A stretch of 64,000 nt of DNA from the NCBI GenBank assembly GCA_965217775.1, contig CBDCJH010000002.1, positions 4,064,001-4,128,000 on the forward strand. The letters are read 5' to 3'. Below the pieces are notes generated by a model. The model did not search any database and was not told the DNA's origin. It saw only the letters and a list, made by a program, of their open reading frames with translations. The stretch is from Acidobacteriota bacterium. Lineage in GTDB: Bacteria > Acidobacteriota > UBA6911 > RPQK01 > JAJDTT01. Of the stretch, positions 7,848 through 17,393 are shown one piece after another. Position 1 is the first letter of the stretch, and each line of letters starts with the position of its first letter. The position numbers and the translations under genes were made by a program.

Positions 7848-10505
7848 CTACTTGCCCCAGGCGTAGCGGATGCGCACGTAGTAGTACGCGCCGTTGAAAC
7901 CCCAAGGTGTGTACTCGCTGTACTTCTCCCCGACCGACATCGCTCGCGCACTCTCGTCGGGATAGGTGTTGAGCAGGTTCTGGGCGCCGACCGCCAGCGT
8001 CACGCCCTCGGAGAGGTCGATGCTGCCCTCCACGTCGACGATCGGGCGCCCGTCGAAGAAGCCCTGCTCGATACCGGCGGACGGGATGAACGCCTGCCGG
8101 AACCCGCTGTCCCAGTCGTACCAGCCGCCATAGTAGCTCACCCGCCCGAGCAGCCGGGCACGCCCGAGGAGCTGGTTGATGCCGGCGCTCCAGCGCACCC
8201 GCGGCAGCGCGTAGGCGTACTCGGCCAGCCGCCGGTCGCTGAGCAGCCCCTTCTCGTTGTCGGTCACCTCGGTGTCGGTGTAGTTGAAGACGGCGCTGAA
8301 CACCGTGTTGCCGCGCAGCGCAATTGGCGTGTAGGTCGAGACCACGTCGATCCCCTTCGACCGCGTCGAGAACGCGTTGGTGAAGAAGCGGAAATTCTTC
8401 AGGTCGCGGGCGCTCTCGATGTCTTGCGCCAGCAGGTTCTCGATCTCGGCGTCCTGCAGGCTGAAGTTGCTCGTGATGCCGATCCGGTCGGCGACGTTGA
8501 CGAGGAAGTAGTCGGCGCTGAAGTTGAACGGCCCGGTGTCGAAGACGACGCCGGTGGTGTAGTTGACGGAGCGTTCAGGCTCCAGCGGCACGCCGCCGCG
8601 CAACGCCGCCACCGGCGAGATCGACGGGATGACGCCGTTGTTGACCAGGTCGCCGATGGCCGGGTCAAATTGGGTCGAGATGTTGAAGCCGTTCTGCTGG
8701 CCGGGTGTGGGCGCGCGGAACCCGCTGCTGACGCTGGCGCGCACGAAGGCGAAGCGGGCGGAGACCTTGCCGTTCGTGGTGGTGCCGAAGTCCTCGAAGT
8801 GCTCGACCCGCACCGCACCGCCCAGGGTCCATTCGCCGTCCACGTCGTTCATTTCGACATCGCCGTACGCCGCGACGTTGTCCCGGTTCCAGGTGCCGGC
8901 GGCGAGCGGACCGTAGCCGAAAAAGCCGTTGGAGCCGGCCGAGAATCCCTGTCCCCGGCCGTAGGGGCCGACCGTCCACGACGCCGGCTCGCCCTCGGTG
9001 GTCTGGTACTGCTCGTCGCGCCACTCCGCGCCGGCCGCGACGTTGACCCTGTCCGTCGCGGCGTAGGAGACATCGAAGTTCACCCCGAGCTCCCGCTGCC
9101 GGTTGCTGCCGAGATCGAAGGCGGTCGGAGTCTCGTAGCCGAGCGAGGCGTTGACGGTGTTGCGGATGAAGAGGTCGGTCTCGTGGGCGCCGACCGAGAC
9201 ACTCGCATCCCAGATGACGCCGGCGCCGGTGAAGCCGCGGATGCCGCCCACTATCGACATGTCCTGCGCCTCGCCGCCGAAGTTGGGCGTGAAGCCGCCG
9301 GGGAACCGCTCGTAGAGCGTGAAGCAGTTCGGATTTGCTGCGACCGCCGCGAGCGCATCGCCGTCGGGGACGTTCCCGGCTATCGGCACCGTCGGGCAGT
9401 CGCCGGCGCCGGGCATCCCGGTCTCGGCCCACAGCCGGTCGCCCACGAGCAGCGTGCTGCCGCCGTCCGGGCTGAAGACCCCGCCCCGCGTATTCGGGTT
9501 GCGGAAGAAGAAGCCGCCGGTCACCCGCTTGCTCGCATAGTTGGTGTGGCCGTACAACTGCAGGCCGGTGGAGAACGTGTAACCGAAGTTCCCGAACAGC
9601 TTCAGATCGTCGTCGACCTCCGGTGAACCCCAGATCTGCGGCGTATCCGATGCGACATGCGTGTTCCCCGCGGCGAGAAGCGCGGTGGCGTCGCTACGGG
9701 GGGCGCTCCGGTTCGTCGGATTCGAGCTGCCGTATTCCAGGCTGAGGTTGGCGAAGCCGGTGGCGCCCAGCGGCAGGCCGACATTGCCGGCGACGTTGAA
9801 GGCCTCGCCGTCCCCTTCCTGAAAGGTGCCGGTGTCGAATTCGAGACTACCGCCGGAGGTGGCATCCTTAAGTTGGAAATTCATGACGCCGGCGATGGCG
9901 TCCGAGCCGTACTGCGCCGCCGCGCCGTCGCGCAAGACTTCGACTTGGCGCAGCGCGATGGCCGGGATGGCGGAGATGTCCGGGCCCTGCGAGCCGTAGG
10001 CCACGCCGTTGCCGCCGTGCCAGTCGATGATCGACGAGCGGTGGCGTCGCTTGCCGTTCACCAGGACCAGCGTGTGGTCCGGCGCCAGGTTGCGAAGCAT
10101 CGCCGGCCGGACCACCGTCGACGCATCGCTGATCGGCTGCGTGTTGACGTTGAACGAGGGGATGACCGTGCGCAGTTGTTCCTGCAGATTGACGGCGCCC
10201 TGGTTGGTGAGGTCGGACGTCGAGAGCACGTCGACCGGCACCGGCGACTCCGCAACGGTCCGCGGCCGGGCACGGGAGCCGACGACGACGGTCTCCTCAG
10301 TAAGCCCGTCGAGCAGCACCTTGAGCTCGTCAGGGGACAGCCCCATCGCCTGGATTTCGGCCACCGAAATGCCGAGCGCGTGGCTGAGCGCTTCGTACTG
10401 TTCCGCCGTCAGGTCTTCCTGTGCGAACGCCGGAGCCGGCAAACCGGCGACGAGTGCAATGAGCAGACTCGATAAGAACACGATGAACATTGATCGATGC
10501 GTCAC
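7848..10505 (-). CDS. TonB-dependent receptor
   Basis: GTG 10505 with AGGAGG RBS; signal peptide; ETVVVGSR TonB box; plug motifs TLVLVNGKRRH and VEVLRDGAAAQYGSDAIAGV; C-terminal alternating aromatic strand. Confidence 0.93.
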   Translation of the reverse strand: MTHRSMFIVFLSSLLIALVAGLPAPAFAQEDLTAEQYEALSHALGISVAEIQAMGLSPDELKVLLDGLTEETVVVGSRARPRTVAESPVPVDVLSTSDLTNQGAVNLQEQLRTVIPSFNVNTQPISDASTVVRPAMLRNLAPDHTLVLVNGKRRHRSSIIDWHGGNGVAYGSQGPDISAIPAIALRQVEVLRDGAAAQYGSDAIAGVMNFQLKDATSGGSLEFDTGTFQEGDGEAFNVAGNVGLPLGATGFANLSLEYGSSNPTNRSAPRSDATALLAAGNTHVASDTPQIWGSPEVDDDLKLFGNFGYTFSTGLQLYGHTNYASKRVTGGFFFRNPNTRGGVFSPDGGSTLLVGDRLWAETGMPGAGDCPTVPIAGNVPDGDALAAVAANPNCFTLYERFPGGFTPNFGGEAQDMSIVGGIRGFTGAGVIWDASVSVGAHETDLFIRNTVNASLGYETPTAFDLGSNRQRELGVNFDVSYAATDRVNVAAGAEWRDEQYQTTEGEPASWTVGPYGRGQGFSAGSNGFFGYGPLAAGTWNRDNVAAYGDVEMNDVDGEWTLGGAVRVEHFEDFGTTTNGKVSARFAFVRASVSSGFRAPTPGQQNGFNISTQFDPAIGDLVNNGVIPSISPVAALRGGVPLEPERSVNYTTGVVFDTGPFNFSADYFLVNVADRIGITSNFSLQDAEIENLLAQDIESARDLKNFRFFTNAFSTRSKGIDVVSTYTPIALRGNTVFSAVFNYTDTEVTDNEKGLLSDRRLAEYAYALPRVRWSAGINQLLGRARLLGRVSYYGGWYDWDSGFRQAFIPSAGIEQGFFDGRPIVDVEGSIDLSEGVTLAVGAQNLLNTYPDESARAMSVGEKYSEYTPWGFNGAYYYVRIRYAWGK

Positions 10506-11011
10506 TTCCGGTTTCCTCCTTCGGCTTCGGCCGGAGGGCATCGCCTCCTGCCCGCTTGTGGTCTGGTTTGGGTAGACGTGAGAAAGTGGGACGAACAGAG
10601 TTGGAATTGAAAAGGACCCAAGATTATGAACCCAGATTATTCATGGGACATGTTGATACGGGCTTCCAACCCGGCGTTTTCGTGCGGTCGCAGCCCGGTT
10701 TCTCTTGAAGCTCTGTCGATTCGACTGAATCGGCTCGAAAACAGGACGATTGAACCAGTCATAAACCGTTTACCGGCCAGGGGGGGCGTCACCCGCCGAC
10801 AGGTTGACTTTCCGGTGAGAAATTCCCACCGTTTCGGTCCCTTCCACGGGCCCGATGCCTCCTCCGTCCACTATCCCGGCGCCCAGGACACCCGCGCCAG
10901 TCTCTTCCACAACCGCTTCCAGTCCGTCGCCCCTTGACTGATGACGAAAATCAATGCCACTCTTCCTTTTAGAAGACTTCCCTCAAAACACCGTATGCAC
11001 TTTCTGAATCG

Positions 11012-11075
11012 AGTATAGCAAGGATCCAGTGAAATTAGCATTAAAATAAGGGTCGATATGGTGATTATTTGGTGA
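11012..11075 (-). promoter_or_regulatory. putative activator-dependent promoter with phased TCAC boxes
   Basis: GTGA at 11029, 11061, 11072 on the + strand; TG.TATACT -10 lies 15 nt downstream of the start of the last box on the - strand. Confidence 0.5.
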
Positions 11076-11188
11076 AATCTCAACTCCTACACTGACCGTC
11101 GACTCTCTTCCCATGTGGCTGGCGCGAGATGGGAAGACATTTCTCGGCCAGGATGCAAGAGGACCTCGCGTCGGGGCACGGCGCAGTT

Positions 11189-11946
11189 CGCGACACTCCG
11201 ACGCCGTTGGGAATTCGTTATTCATTCACCGGCGACGGAGAGCCTGCCAAGCTGTCCATCGTCTTGGGCGGGCAGTGCGAGAGCGAACAGAGGGAGTAGC
11301 GTCCCCCGTCGCAGCCTCCGGCTATGAGTGTAGCCAACCGTCCTGTGGTCTATCCTCGTGACTATGGAGATCCGTCCCGCAGCACTAGCCGATCTCGAAA
11401 CCGTCGTTGAATTCAACGCGCGTCTGGCGCAGGAATCGGAAGGAGTGCATTTGGACAAGGACCGACTGAGAGCGGGGGTCGCTGCGCTGTTGCGTGACCA
11501 GACACTGGGCCTTTACTTCATAGCGGAGTCAGAGTCCGGCCCGGCCGGGCAGTTGGCGCTGACCTACGAATGGAGCGACTGGAGGAACAGCATGTTCTGG
11601 TGGCTTCAAAGTGTCTACGTGCGCCCGGAATTCCGACGCGAAGGGGTTCTACGCGCTCTTTACGGCCACGTTCTGGAGCTGGCGAAGGACCGCGGCGTGT
11701 GCGGGATCCGCCTGTATGTCGAGAAGGAAAACCGTACTGCTCAAGAGGCGTACCGACGGCTGGGAATGGCCCGGGCAGTGTTTCACATGTACGAAGTTGA
11801 TTTCGTGATCGTCCGAGAGCCCTAAGTTGTGACTCGGTGGACGGAGTGAGGTAGGCGGACGCTGCAAGAGCGCCTCCCACAGTTTCATCGCGGCATTTCC
11901 ATGCGGGCTTTCCGGCAGCAAGGAACGACGGTAGCAACGTTCAAGG
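11189..11946 (+). repeat. 758-bp segmental duplication, copy 1 (GNAT module)
   Basis: Near-identical to 19576-20333 (offset 8387). Confidence 0.95.
11358..11825 (+). CDS. GNAT-family N-acetyltransferase
   Basis: TYEWSDWRN, SVYVRPEFRREG motif A, LYVEKEN..AQ..Y..LGM. Confidence 0.9.
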   Translation: MTMEIRPAALADLETVVEFNARLAQESEGVHLDKDRLRAGVAALLRDQTLGLYFIAESESGPAGQLALTYEWSDWRNSMFWWLQSVYVRPEFRREGVLRALYGHVLELAKDRGVCGIRLYVEKENRTAQEAYRRLGMARAVFHMYEVDFVIVREP

Positions 11947-11948
11947 GC

Positions 11949-11976
11949 GGGAGAAGGGGACAGTTACCTTCTCTAC
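11949..11976 (+). repeat. polar hairpin site, copy 3
   Basis: GGGAGAAGGGGACAGTTACCTTCTCTAC; starts 3 nt after the end of the duplicated GNAT segment. Confidence 0.9.
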
Positions 11977-12047
11977 GAGTTTGTGGGGACTCAACCCCGG
12001 AAGCGGACCCGGAGCCGGCGCCCGAGCGGGTACAATTTCAACAGCGG

Positions 12048-12380
12048 ATGAGATTCCAAGCGATCCTCAAACGCAGATGTCCACGATGTTTGCGTGGGCA
12101 GGTTTTCGCCTCGGCATTTCGTATGAGGCGGAACTGCGGTGTCTGTGACCTGAGATTCGAACGTCAGGAACCAGGGTACTTTGTGGGTGCCCTGTACTTC
12201 GCCTACGGGTTGGCGGTGCTGTTGGGCGCTCCTCCTGCTGCCTATCTCTGGTGGCAGGGATTTTCGATGGGAGTTAACGCGCTTGTGATCACGGGAGAAC
12301 TGATCATTTTATCTCCCTGGATCTTTCAGTACTCTCGAATCCTGTTCCTGCACTTGGACCAGCTATTCGATCCCACGTAA
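12048..12380 (+). CDS. DUF983-family membrane zinc-ribbon protein
   Basis: RCPRC..G, C..C, EPGYFVGA, two TM segments, YSR; TACAAT -10 just upstream. Confidence 0.8.
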   Translation: MRFQAILKRRCPRCLRGQVFASAFRMRRNCGVCDLRFERQEPGYFVGALYFAYGLAVLLGAPPAAYLWWQGFSMGVNALVITGELIILSPWIFQYSRILFLHLDQLFDPT

Positions 12381-12404
12381 CCCGGGTGCGCTATTCAAGC
12401 CTCC

Positions 12405-12431
12405 CGAAGAAGGGGACAGTTGCCTTCTCTC
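12405..12431 (+). repeat. polar hairpin site, copy 4
   Basis: CGAAGAAGGGGACAGTTGCCTTCTCTC; homology to the vapC locus (41272 onward) starts right after it. Confidence 0.85.
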
Positions 12432-12471
12432 GAGCGAACTAGGAGCCGGACAGAGACTGCAAGGGTCGTGC

Positions 12472-12866
12472 TCAGCGGTTCTGAAGGAAAGGATTGACGA
12501 TCGTGAGATTTCCGATGCGACGCCCGGCTCGAAGGTCTTCTTTCACCAGGATGTCGCATCGGGCCTCGAGGGCCGAGGCAACAATCAGCGAGTCGTAGAA
12601 ACTGAAACCGTGCACTCGGGCGAGATCGACGGCTGCGGAATGAGTATTGACCGCGATGGGGCGAATGGGGCCGAGCGCTGTTTGCAGGCCGGCAACCGCT
12701 TCGGCGATCAGACTCCAATCAAGGCCGAACTTGTGGTGGAGAACAGAGGTGGACTCGTTCAGGACTTGTACGCTGACGGTGCCGCCAGCCAAGATGAGCT
12801 GGCGCGCGACCTCACTCTTGGGGCCCGTTCCTTGAGCATAGATCAGTATGTTCGTGTCGAGAAACG
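12472..12866 (-). pseudogene. vapC: VapC/PIN toxin copy lacking its start codon and antitoxin
   Basis: Colinear with 41312-41706 (FLDTNILIYA...YDSLIVASAL); first codons replaced by the hairpin site; NEF>NES and TED>KED changes. Confidence 0.85.
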
Positions 12867-12870
12867 TAGT

Positions 12871-12896
12871 GGGAGAAGGGGACAGTGACCTTTTCT
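12871..12896 (+). repeat. polar hairpin site, copy 5
   Basis: GGGAGAAGGGGACAGTGACCTTTTCT, 4 nt from the vapC truncation point. Confidence 0.88.
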
Positions 12897-12955
12897 TGTT
12901 CTCGCCGTTTTGAAAGATCGGCTCGCGGGAACGGACCATCTTCGTGTGTGACCGC

Positions 12956-15900
12956 TCAGCGCCCCGGCGGGAAACCGGGCGGCAGCCACACCGGCAGTTC
13001 GGAGATCGAGTCCCGCGCCGTCTGTGACGTCGGTACGCCCCACGCCTCGAAGAAAGGACCCAGGTTGCGGACCACATGCCGCGAGAAGTGCACCAGCCAC
13101 TGGTCGCGCTTCTCGTCGTCACTCTTCGGACGCTCATCCTCCGGCAGCGCGAGGTACGTGGCAAACACTTCCCGGTAGGCGTCCCACCCGAACGCCTCCT
13201 GCATCTGTGTATACATGATCAGGGCCAGGAACGGCTCACGCTTCCACAGCTCGAAGTCCGGATCATCGAAGTCGTAGAGCGCCATCAACTCGGCCCGGGA
13301 GCGGTGGGAGCCGCGCCAGCGCTCGGTCGGCGGGATCCCGCACAGGAACTCGTAGACATAGAGCGTGAACAGGTTGACGGTCACCTCGACCGTGCCGTCG
13401 AAGGTCCAGTCACCGTTCTGGTGGTTGTGGCCCACCTCGTGGAAGAAGCCCCAGTTGCCCTCCGAGCGCAGGTGCTCCGCACTTACCAGGTTGGCCTGCT
13501 GGTCCAAGTGGGCCATCAGGGGATATCCGGCGTGCATGTAGCCATGCGAGATCTGCCGGTCGACGACGAATCGCTCCGGACTCGAGCGGGCAGGCGAGGG
13601 CCAGGCAGCCAACTCCGCGCTCAGGTCGAGCACGCGGTCCCAGGTCTCCGCCATGGTGGCTGGGTCGTCGAGTCCGCGCACCTCGCGCGCGTCCGTCGTG
13701 ACGATCATGTTCCGCCCGGCAATCTCGGCCCACGGTCCGGGTGCATGGCGGATTTCGTCGCACCATGCGGCTAGATCCGTCTCTCCCAAGACGAAGCGAG
13801 GCGCCGCCACGGCACCTTCGATCTCGACGGTGATGCTCCCGAGGTCGGCGTCGTCCGGAACCTCGACGTAGATCAGGCCGCCGAAAGCATTGGCGACCGG
13901 AGTCGTGACCGCAGAGACGGGGAAGCGGCGGCTGATCTCGGGCATGCGCATCCACTCGGGCCGACCCCAGATACGGTCGCTGTGGGCACCCACGCGGACG
14001 TGGAAGCCTCCGGCCGCGGCGGCCGCGGCCGGCACCGTCACCGTGACCAGCTCGCCCGGCGCGGCGTAGAGGCCGGTGGAGTGCCAGCGAGGCACGGTGG
14101 TGTCGATGATGAGGCTGCGTATGAGGCGCGGAGCGGCAGCCGGAACGGAGCCGGGAAAGTCCGCGGCCGCGGGATGCGCGCGCACCGACTCGGGCGGAGT
14201 GCGGAGGTGTTCGGTCGTGAAGAGCCCGGCAGCCAAGCGGGCGCGCACGTCCGCCTTGCCCATTGGCAACTCAGCCGAGGGCCAGCGGTCTCGTGAGCTC
14301 TCGGACAGTGCGGAAAGGCGCGGCGCGAGCAGCGTGTCGTCCGAAGGCACGCAGCCGGTTCGAGCGATGTGAAATATGCTGTCGAAGGCTTGGTCGATCT
14401 CCGGTTGGGTCAGCGTGCGCGTGCCGGCCGCGTGGGCCTCGATCGCATCGAGCGCCACGCCCGCATGGGTCAGCTCATGGGGCGGTCCATCGACGGCGTA
14501 GCCCTCCGGCGACGTGCGGGCGAGGTAGTCGTAGGGGGACCATTGAATGCCGGCGGGCGCGAGCAGCCGGTTGCCGGAGTAGTCGCTGGCGAGATCCAGG
14601 TCGGGGTGCAGATAGGCCCAGCCCCAAGCGGTGGAGGCCGTGACTAGTCCCCCTCCGCCTCGCACGAACGCCGACAGCGCTTCGATCTCCGGCACGCTCT
14701 GATTCCACATTTTGAGGGCCACGACATCGACCGACGCCAGCGACTCGCGAGTCAGCGCGATTTCGACAGCATTTTGGCCAGCCTCCGTCAGCCAGATCTG
14801 AACATCGCGCGTGCCGGCCGCGCTGACGACGCCGACGCGGGGATCGGCCAGCGCGTCCTCCCCGGCAGCCCACTGCAGCACGTTCGTCATCAGCCGTCCG
14901 GTATCCGCCGTCTCGAGCGTGGCGCTTGCGAAGTAGCCATCGTGCCCCAGAGCGACGACGCGGCCGGCATCCCGACGGCCGGCGGCGACGACGGGAGCTG
15001 TGAACGCGCCCCTGGCACCGACGATCACCGGAAAGGCCTCGGGTCCATAGACGCACAAGGAAGCGGGAGCGCCCGGAGCGACGATCTCGGCCACGCCGTC
15101 GAGCAGAACGTCGAGGTCGCTTGTGACCGTTACAGCGGGCACCGCCGAGAGCGAACTCGTTCCCTTCCCGAAGCGCAGGCCGAGCGGGGCGAACGACGAG
15201 TCGCCGGCTGCGGACCGCAAATACAACAGACCCCGAAAGTCGCTGAGGAACCCGGTATCAATCCTTCCACCGAACCATTCCGGGATGGTTAGAGCCTGTT
15301 GGTGGAAGTCCCCTCGGGATACGACCCCCCCGTCCAGAGGGTCTCTCCCCTCTTCGTCTCGGAGGCGAAGCTGAATTTCAGGAGACGAGTTCGGTTTGAA
15401 GATCGCCAGTCCGGTGCCGATGGTGCTCGATTCCTCGACGAACAGCGCGAAGTGATCGCTCAACTCGACCGGTTTGACGCCGACCTCGACCCCCGTTTCC
15501 GAGTTCCTGTAGGTCAACAACCCCCGTACCGAATCCGCGTTGCTCCGGACTGCGATCCAACCGCGCCGGATCTCCGCCGTCCCGGCACTGCTCAGGACCC
15601 GGCTGCCCAAAGCGGGAAGCTCGAAGCTGGGGCCGGAGTCGAAGAACTTCGCGACGGGCTGCCCTTGCGAGTCGTAGACCTGGACCACGACCGGCGCACT
15701 CCGGACCGGATCGAGGTTGCCGAGCACGAGTTGCACGGACCACCCTTGTCCCTCCACGTAGTCGGGGAAGTAGAGCGCCGGGGAGGAACGGGGAGAGCGT
15801 CGCCCGCCTTCGTCCGGGACCGGCACCACCGGGACCGCGGAGAGCGACCCTTTCTGCTTTCCGAAGCGCAGCCCGAGCGGGGCGAACGGCGCGCCGTCCG

Positions 15901-16708
15901 CGCCCCGCAGGAACAGCAGGCCGCGAAAGTTCACGAGGACACTCTGGTCGATCCCCTGGAACCACTCCGGGAGAGTGAGCGCCTGTTGCCGGAACCCCCC
16001 CCGGGTGAGGACCTCCCCGACGGGGTCGTCACCCGCTTCGTCGCGGATTCGGAACTGGATCTCAGAGTCACCCTCCGGCTTGAACAGGGCCAGTCCGGTC
16101 CCGATCTCGCTCGACTCCTCGACGAACAGGGCGAAGCGCTCTCCCAGCCCGACGGGTTCGACCCCGACCTCGACCCCGGTCTCGGCGTTTTGATAGGTCA
16201 ACAAACCCCGGACCGAGGCCGCTTCGCTCCGGACCGCGATCCAACCCCGCCGAATCGCTCCCGCCCCGGCGCTTCTCAAGGCTTGGCTGCCCAAAGCGGG
16301 AAGCTCGAAGCTGGCGCCGGAGTCGAAGAACGCCGGGACCCGCTCGCCCTGCTGGTCGTAGACTTCGACGACGACCGGCGCGCTCCGGTTCCGGTCGAGG
16401 TTGCCGAACACCAGCTGCACGGACCAGCCGGACCCTTGCACATAGTCGGGGAAGTAGAGCGTGGACTCGGAGGACACCTCCGCCCCGGCGTTTCCCCCAC
16501 TGGCGAGACACAGACCAAAAACCAGCAGCGCAACTGCGACTGGACCCGTTGTCCGCTTGTCACGTGCCGCGCCCGTGGCACCGGCGCGTCCGTCTTGTCT
16601 CCGTCCCGGACGCAGGTTGGCGCCGCCGAGCGCGAGGCAAGTCGCCGCGTCGCCAAGCGTCCCGGAGCAGCCCTTGGACCGGAGACGTGGGAGACGATCA
16701 TGCAGCAT
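12956..16708 (-). CDS. secreted M60-family (enhancin/TCAF-like) metallopeptidase with two N-terminal ~228-aa repeats
   Basis: STGLYA.PGE, GGLIY, HAGYP, WGFFHEVGHN...EVTVN zincin motifs; duplicated LYFPDYV.G.GWSVQL domain with a 684-bp period; exact start uncertain. Confidence 0.88.
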   Translation of the reverse strand: MLHDRLPRLRSKGCSGTLGDAATCLALGGANLRPGRRQDGRAGATGAARDKRTTGPVAVALLVFGLCLASGGNAGAEVSSESTLYFPDYVQGSGWSVQLVFGNLDRNRSAPVVVEVYDQQGERVPAFFDSGASFELPALGSQALRSAGAGAIRRGWIAVRSEAASVRGLLTYQNAETGVEVGVEPVGLGERFALFVEESSEIGTGLALFKPEGDSEIQFRIRDEAGDDPVGEVLTRGGFRQQALTLPEWFQGIDQSVLVNFRGLLFLRGADGAPFAPLGLRFGKQKGSLSAVPVVPVPDEGGRRSPRSSPALYFPDYVEGQGWSVQLVLGNLDPVRSAPVVVQVYDSQGQPVAKFFDSGPSFELPALGSRVLSSAGTAEIRRGWIAVRSNADSVRGLLTYRNSETGVEVGVKPVELSDHFALFVEESSTIGTGLAIFKPNSSPEIQLRLRDEEGRDPLDGGVVSRGDFHQQALTIPEWFGGRIDTGFLSDFRGLLYLRSAAGDSSFAPLGLRFGKGTSSLSAVPAVTVTSDLDVLLDGVAEIVAPGAPASLCVYGPEAFPVIVGARGAFTAPVVAAGRRDAGRVVALGHDGYFASATLETADTGRLMTNVLQWAAGEDALADPRVGVVSAAGTRDVQIWLTEAGQNAVEIALTRESLASVDVVALKMWNQSVPEIEALSAFVRGGGGLVTASTAWGWAYLHPDLDLASDYSGNRLLAPAGIQWSPYDYLARTSPEGYAVDGPPHELTHAGVALDAIEAHAAGTRTLTQPEIDQAFDSIFHIARTGCVPSDDTLLAPRLSALSESSRDRWPSAELPMGKADVRARLAAGLFTTEHLRTPPESVRAHPAAADFPGSVPAAAPRLIRSLIIDTTVPRWHSTGLYAAPGELVTVTVPAAAAAAGGFHVRVGAHSDRIWGRPEWMRMPEISRRFPVSAVTTPVANAFGGLIYVEVPDDADLGSITVEIEGAVAAPRFVLGETDLAAWCDEIRHAPGPWAEIAGRNMIVTTDAREVRGLDDPATMAETWDRVLDLSAELAAWPSPARSSPERFVVDRQISHGYMHAGYPLMAHLDQQANLVSAEHLRSEGNWGFFHEVGHNHQNGDWTFDGTVEVTVNLFTLYVYEFLCGIPPTERWRGSHRSRAELMALYDFDDPDFELWKREPFLALIMYTQMQEAFGWDAYREVFATYLALPEDERPKSDDEKRDQWLVHFSRHVVRNLGPFFEAWGVPTSQTARDSISELPVWLPPGFPPGR

Positions 16709-16763
16709 GGTTGACGGCCTCCGTATCGGTCGGTGAAGAACCTCGGGATGAATTCCACCGTCA

Positions 16764-16826
16764 ATCTTACATAACTAACGTGAAAACTAAGTGAATATAT
16801 GAATGTATATGGTGAAATTATGGTGA
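16764..16826 (-). promoter_or_regulatory. putative activator-dependent promoter with four phased TCAC boxes
   Basis: GTGA at 16780, 16791, 16812, 16823 (11/21/11 spacing); TAAGAT -10 lies 14 nt from the start of the last box, facing the M60 gene. Confidence 0.55.
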
Positions 16827-17110
16827 TAATTTCTTCGATCGATTATTTTTCTTGGCGGGTGACCCCAAAACGGATCACGATCCGGGGTCCGACGAAGATG
16901 TGAGAGGGAGGAGCACCGAAGCCCCGGTTCGATGGAATCAAGTGCCAGGGCGGCGCAGCTTCAGGCTGAGTGCGGACGGAACAAGGCCGGGGGCCACCGG
17001 TTCGGAGGTTCTTTCGTCAGATCTGTGTCACCGAACGAGCCAGGCGATGAGCCGCCCAGTTTTGGCGGTCGTATTGCTCCCGGCTCTGATCCGGTTCACA
17101 ACTGAGCGAG

Positions 17111-17136
17111 GGGAGAACAGGACAGTCACCTTCTCT
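17111..17136 (+). repeat. polar hairpin site, copy 6
   Basis: GGGAGAACAGGACAGTCACCTTCTCT inside the 5' end of the amine oxidase gene. Confidence 0.7.
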
Positions 17137-17229
17137 GCGCGTTTCCAGAACGTGAGCGGTCCCCAGTTCGAGCCCCCAAAAAACGAGGTTCTGGCGTGGC
17201 ATCCCGGCTCCGTGATGCCGCGCAAGGCC

Positions 17230-17393
17230 TACCAGCCCGTGGCAAAAGTCATCACGGCATTCGACCGTCCCTGCATCCCGGCGGACGGCGTTGCGATTCG
17301 GGCACATACTCCCGGTATGCACCCGAATCGCGCCTTGTCCGGCGGGCGCAGGAACGGTCTCGGTGCTCGCGGGACTTTCACCACGGACTGCTA
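17230..17393. mobile_element. MITE family A inserted in-frame in the amine oxidase gene
   Basis: TA at 17230 and 17392 (162 apart); removal restores RKAYAIVRRG. Confidence 0.92.

Noticed and set aside
7782-9626. 614-aa plus-strand ORF
   Set aside because: Antisense shadow of the TonB receptor; no motifs.
12867-13164. Upstream extension giving a 230-aa PIN protein
   Set aside because: The extension runs through the hairpin site and overlaps the M60 3' end; it is not homologous to the intact vapC.
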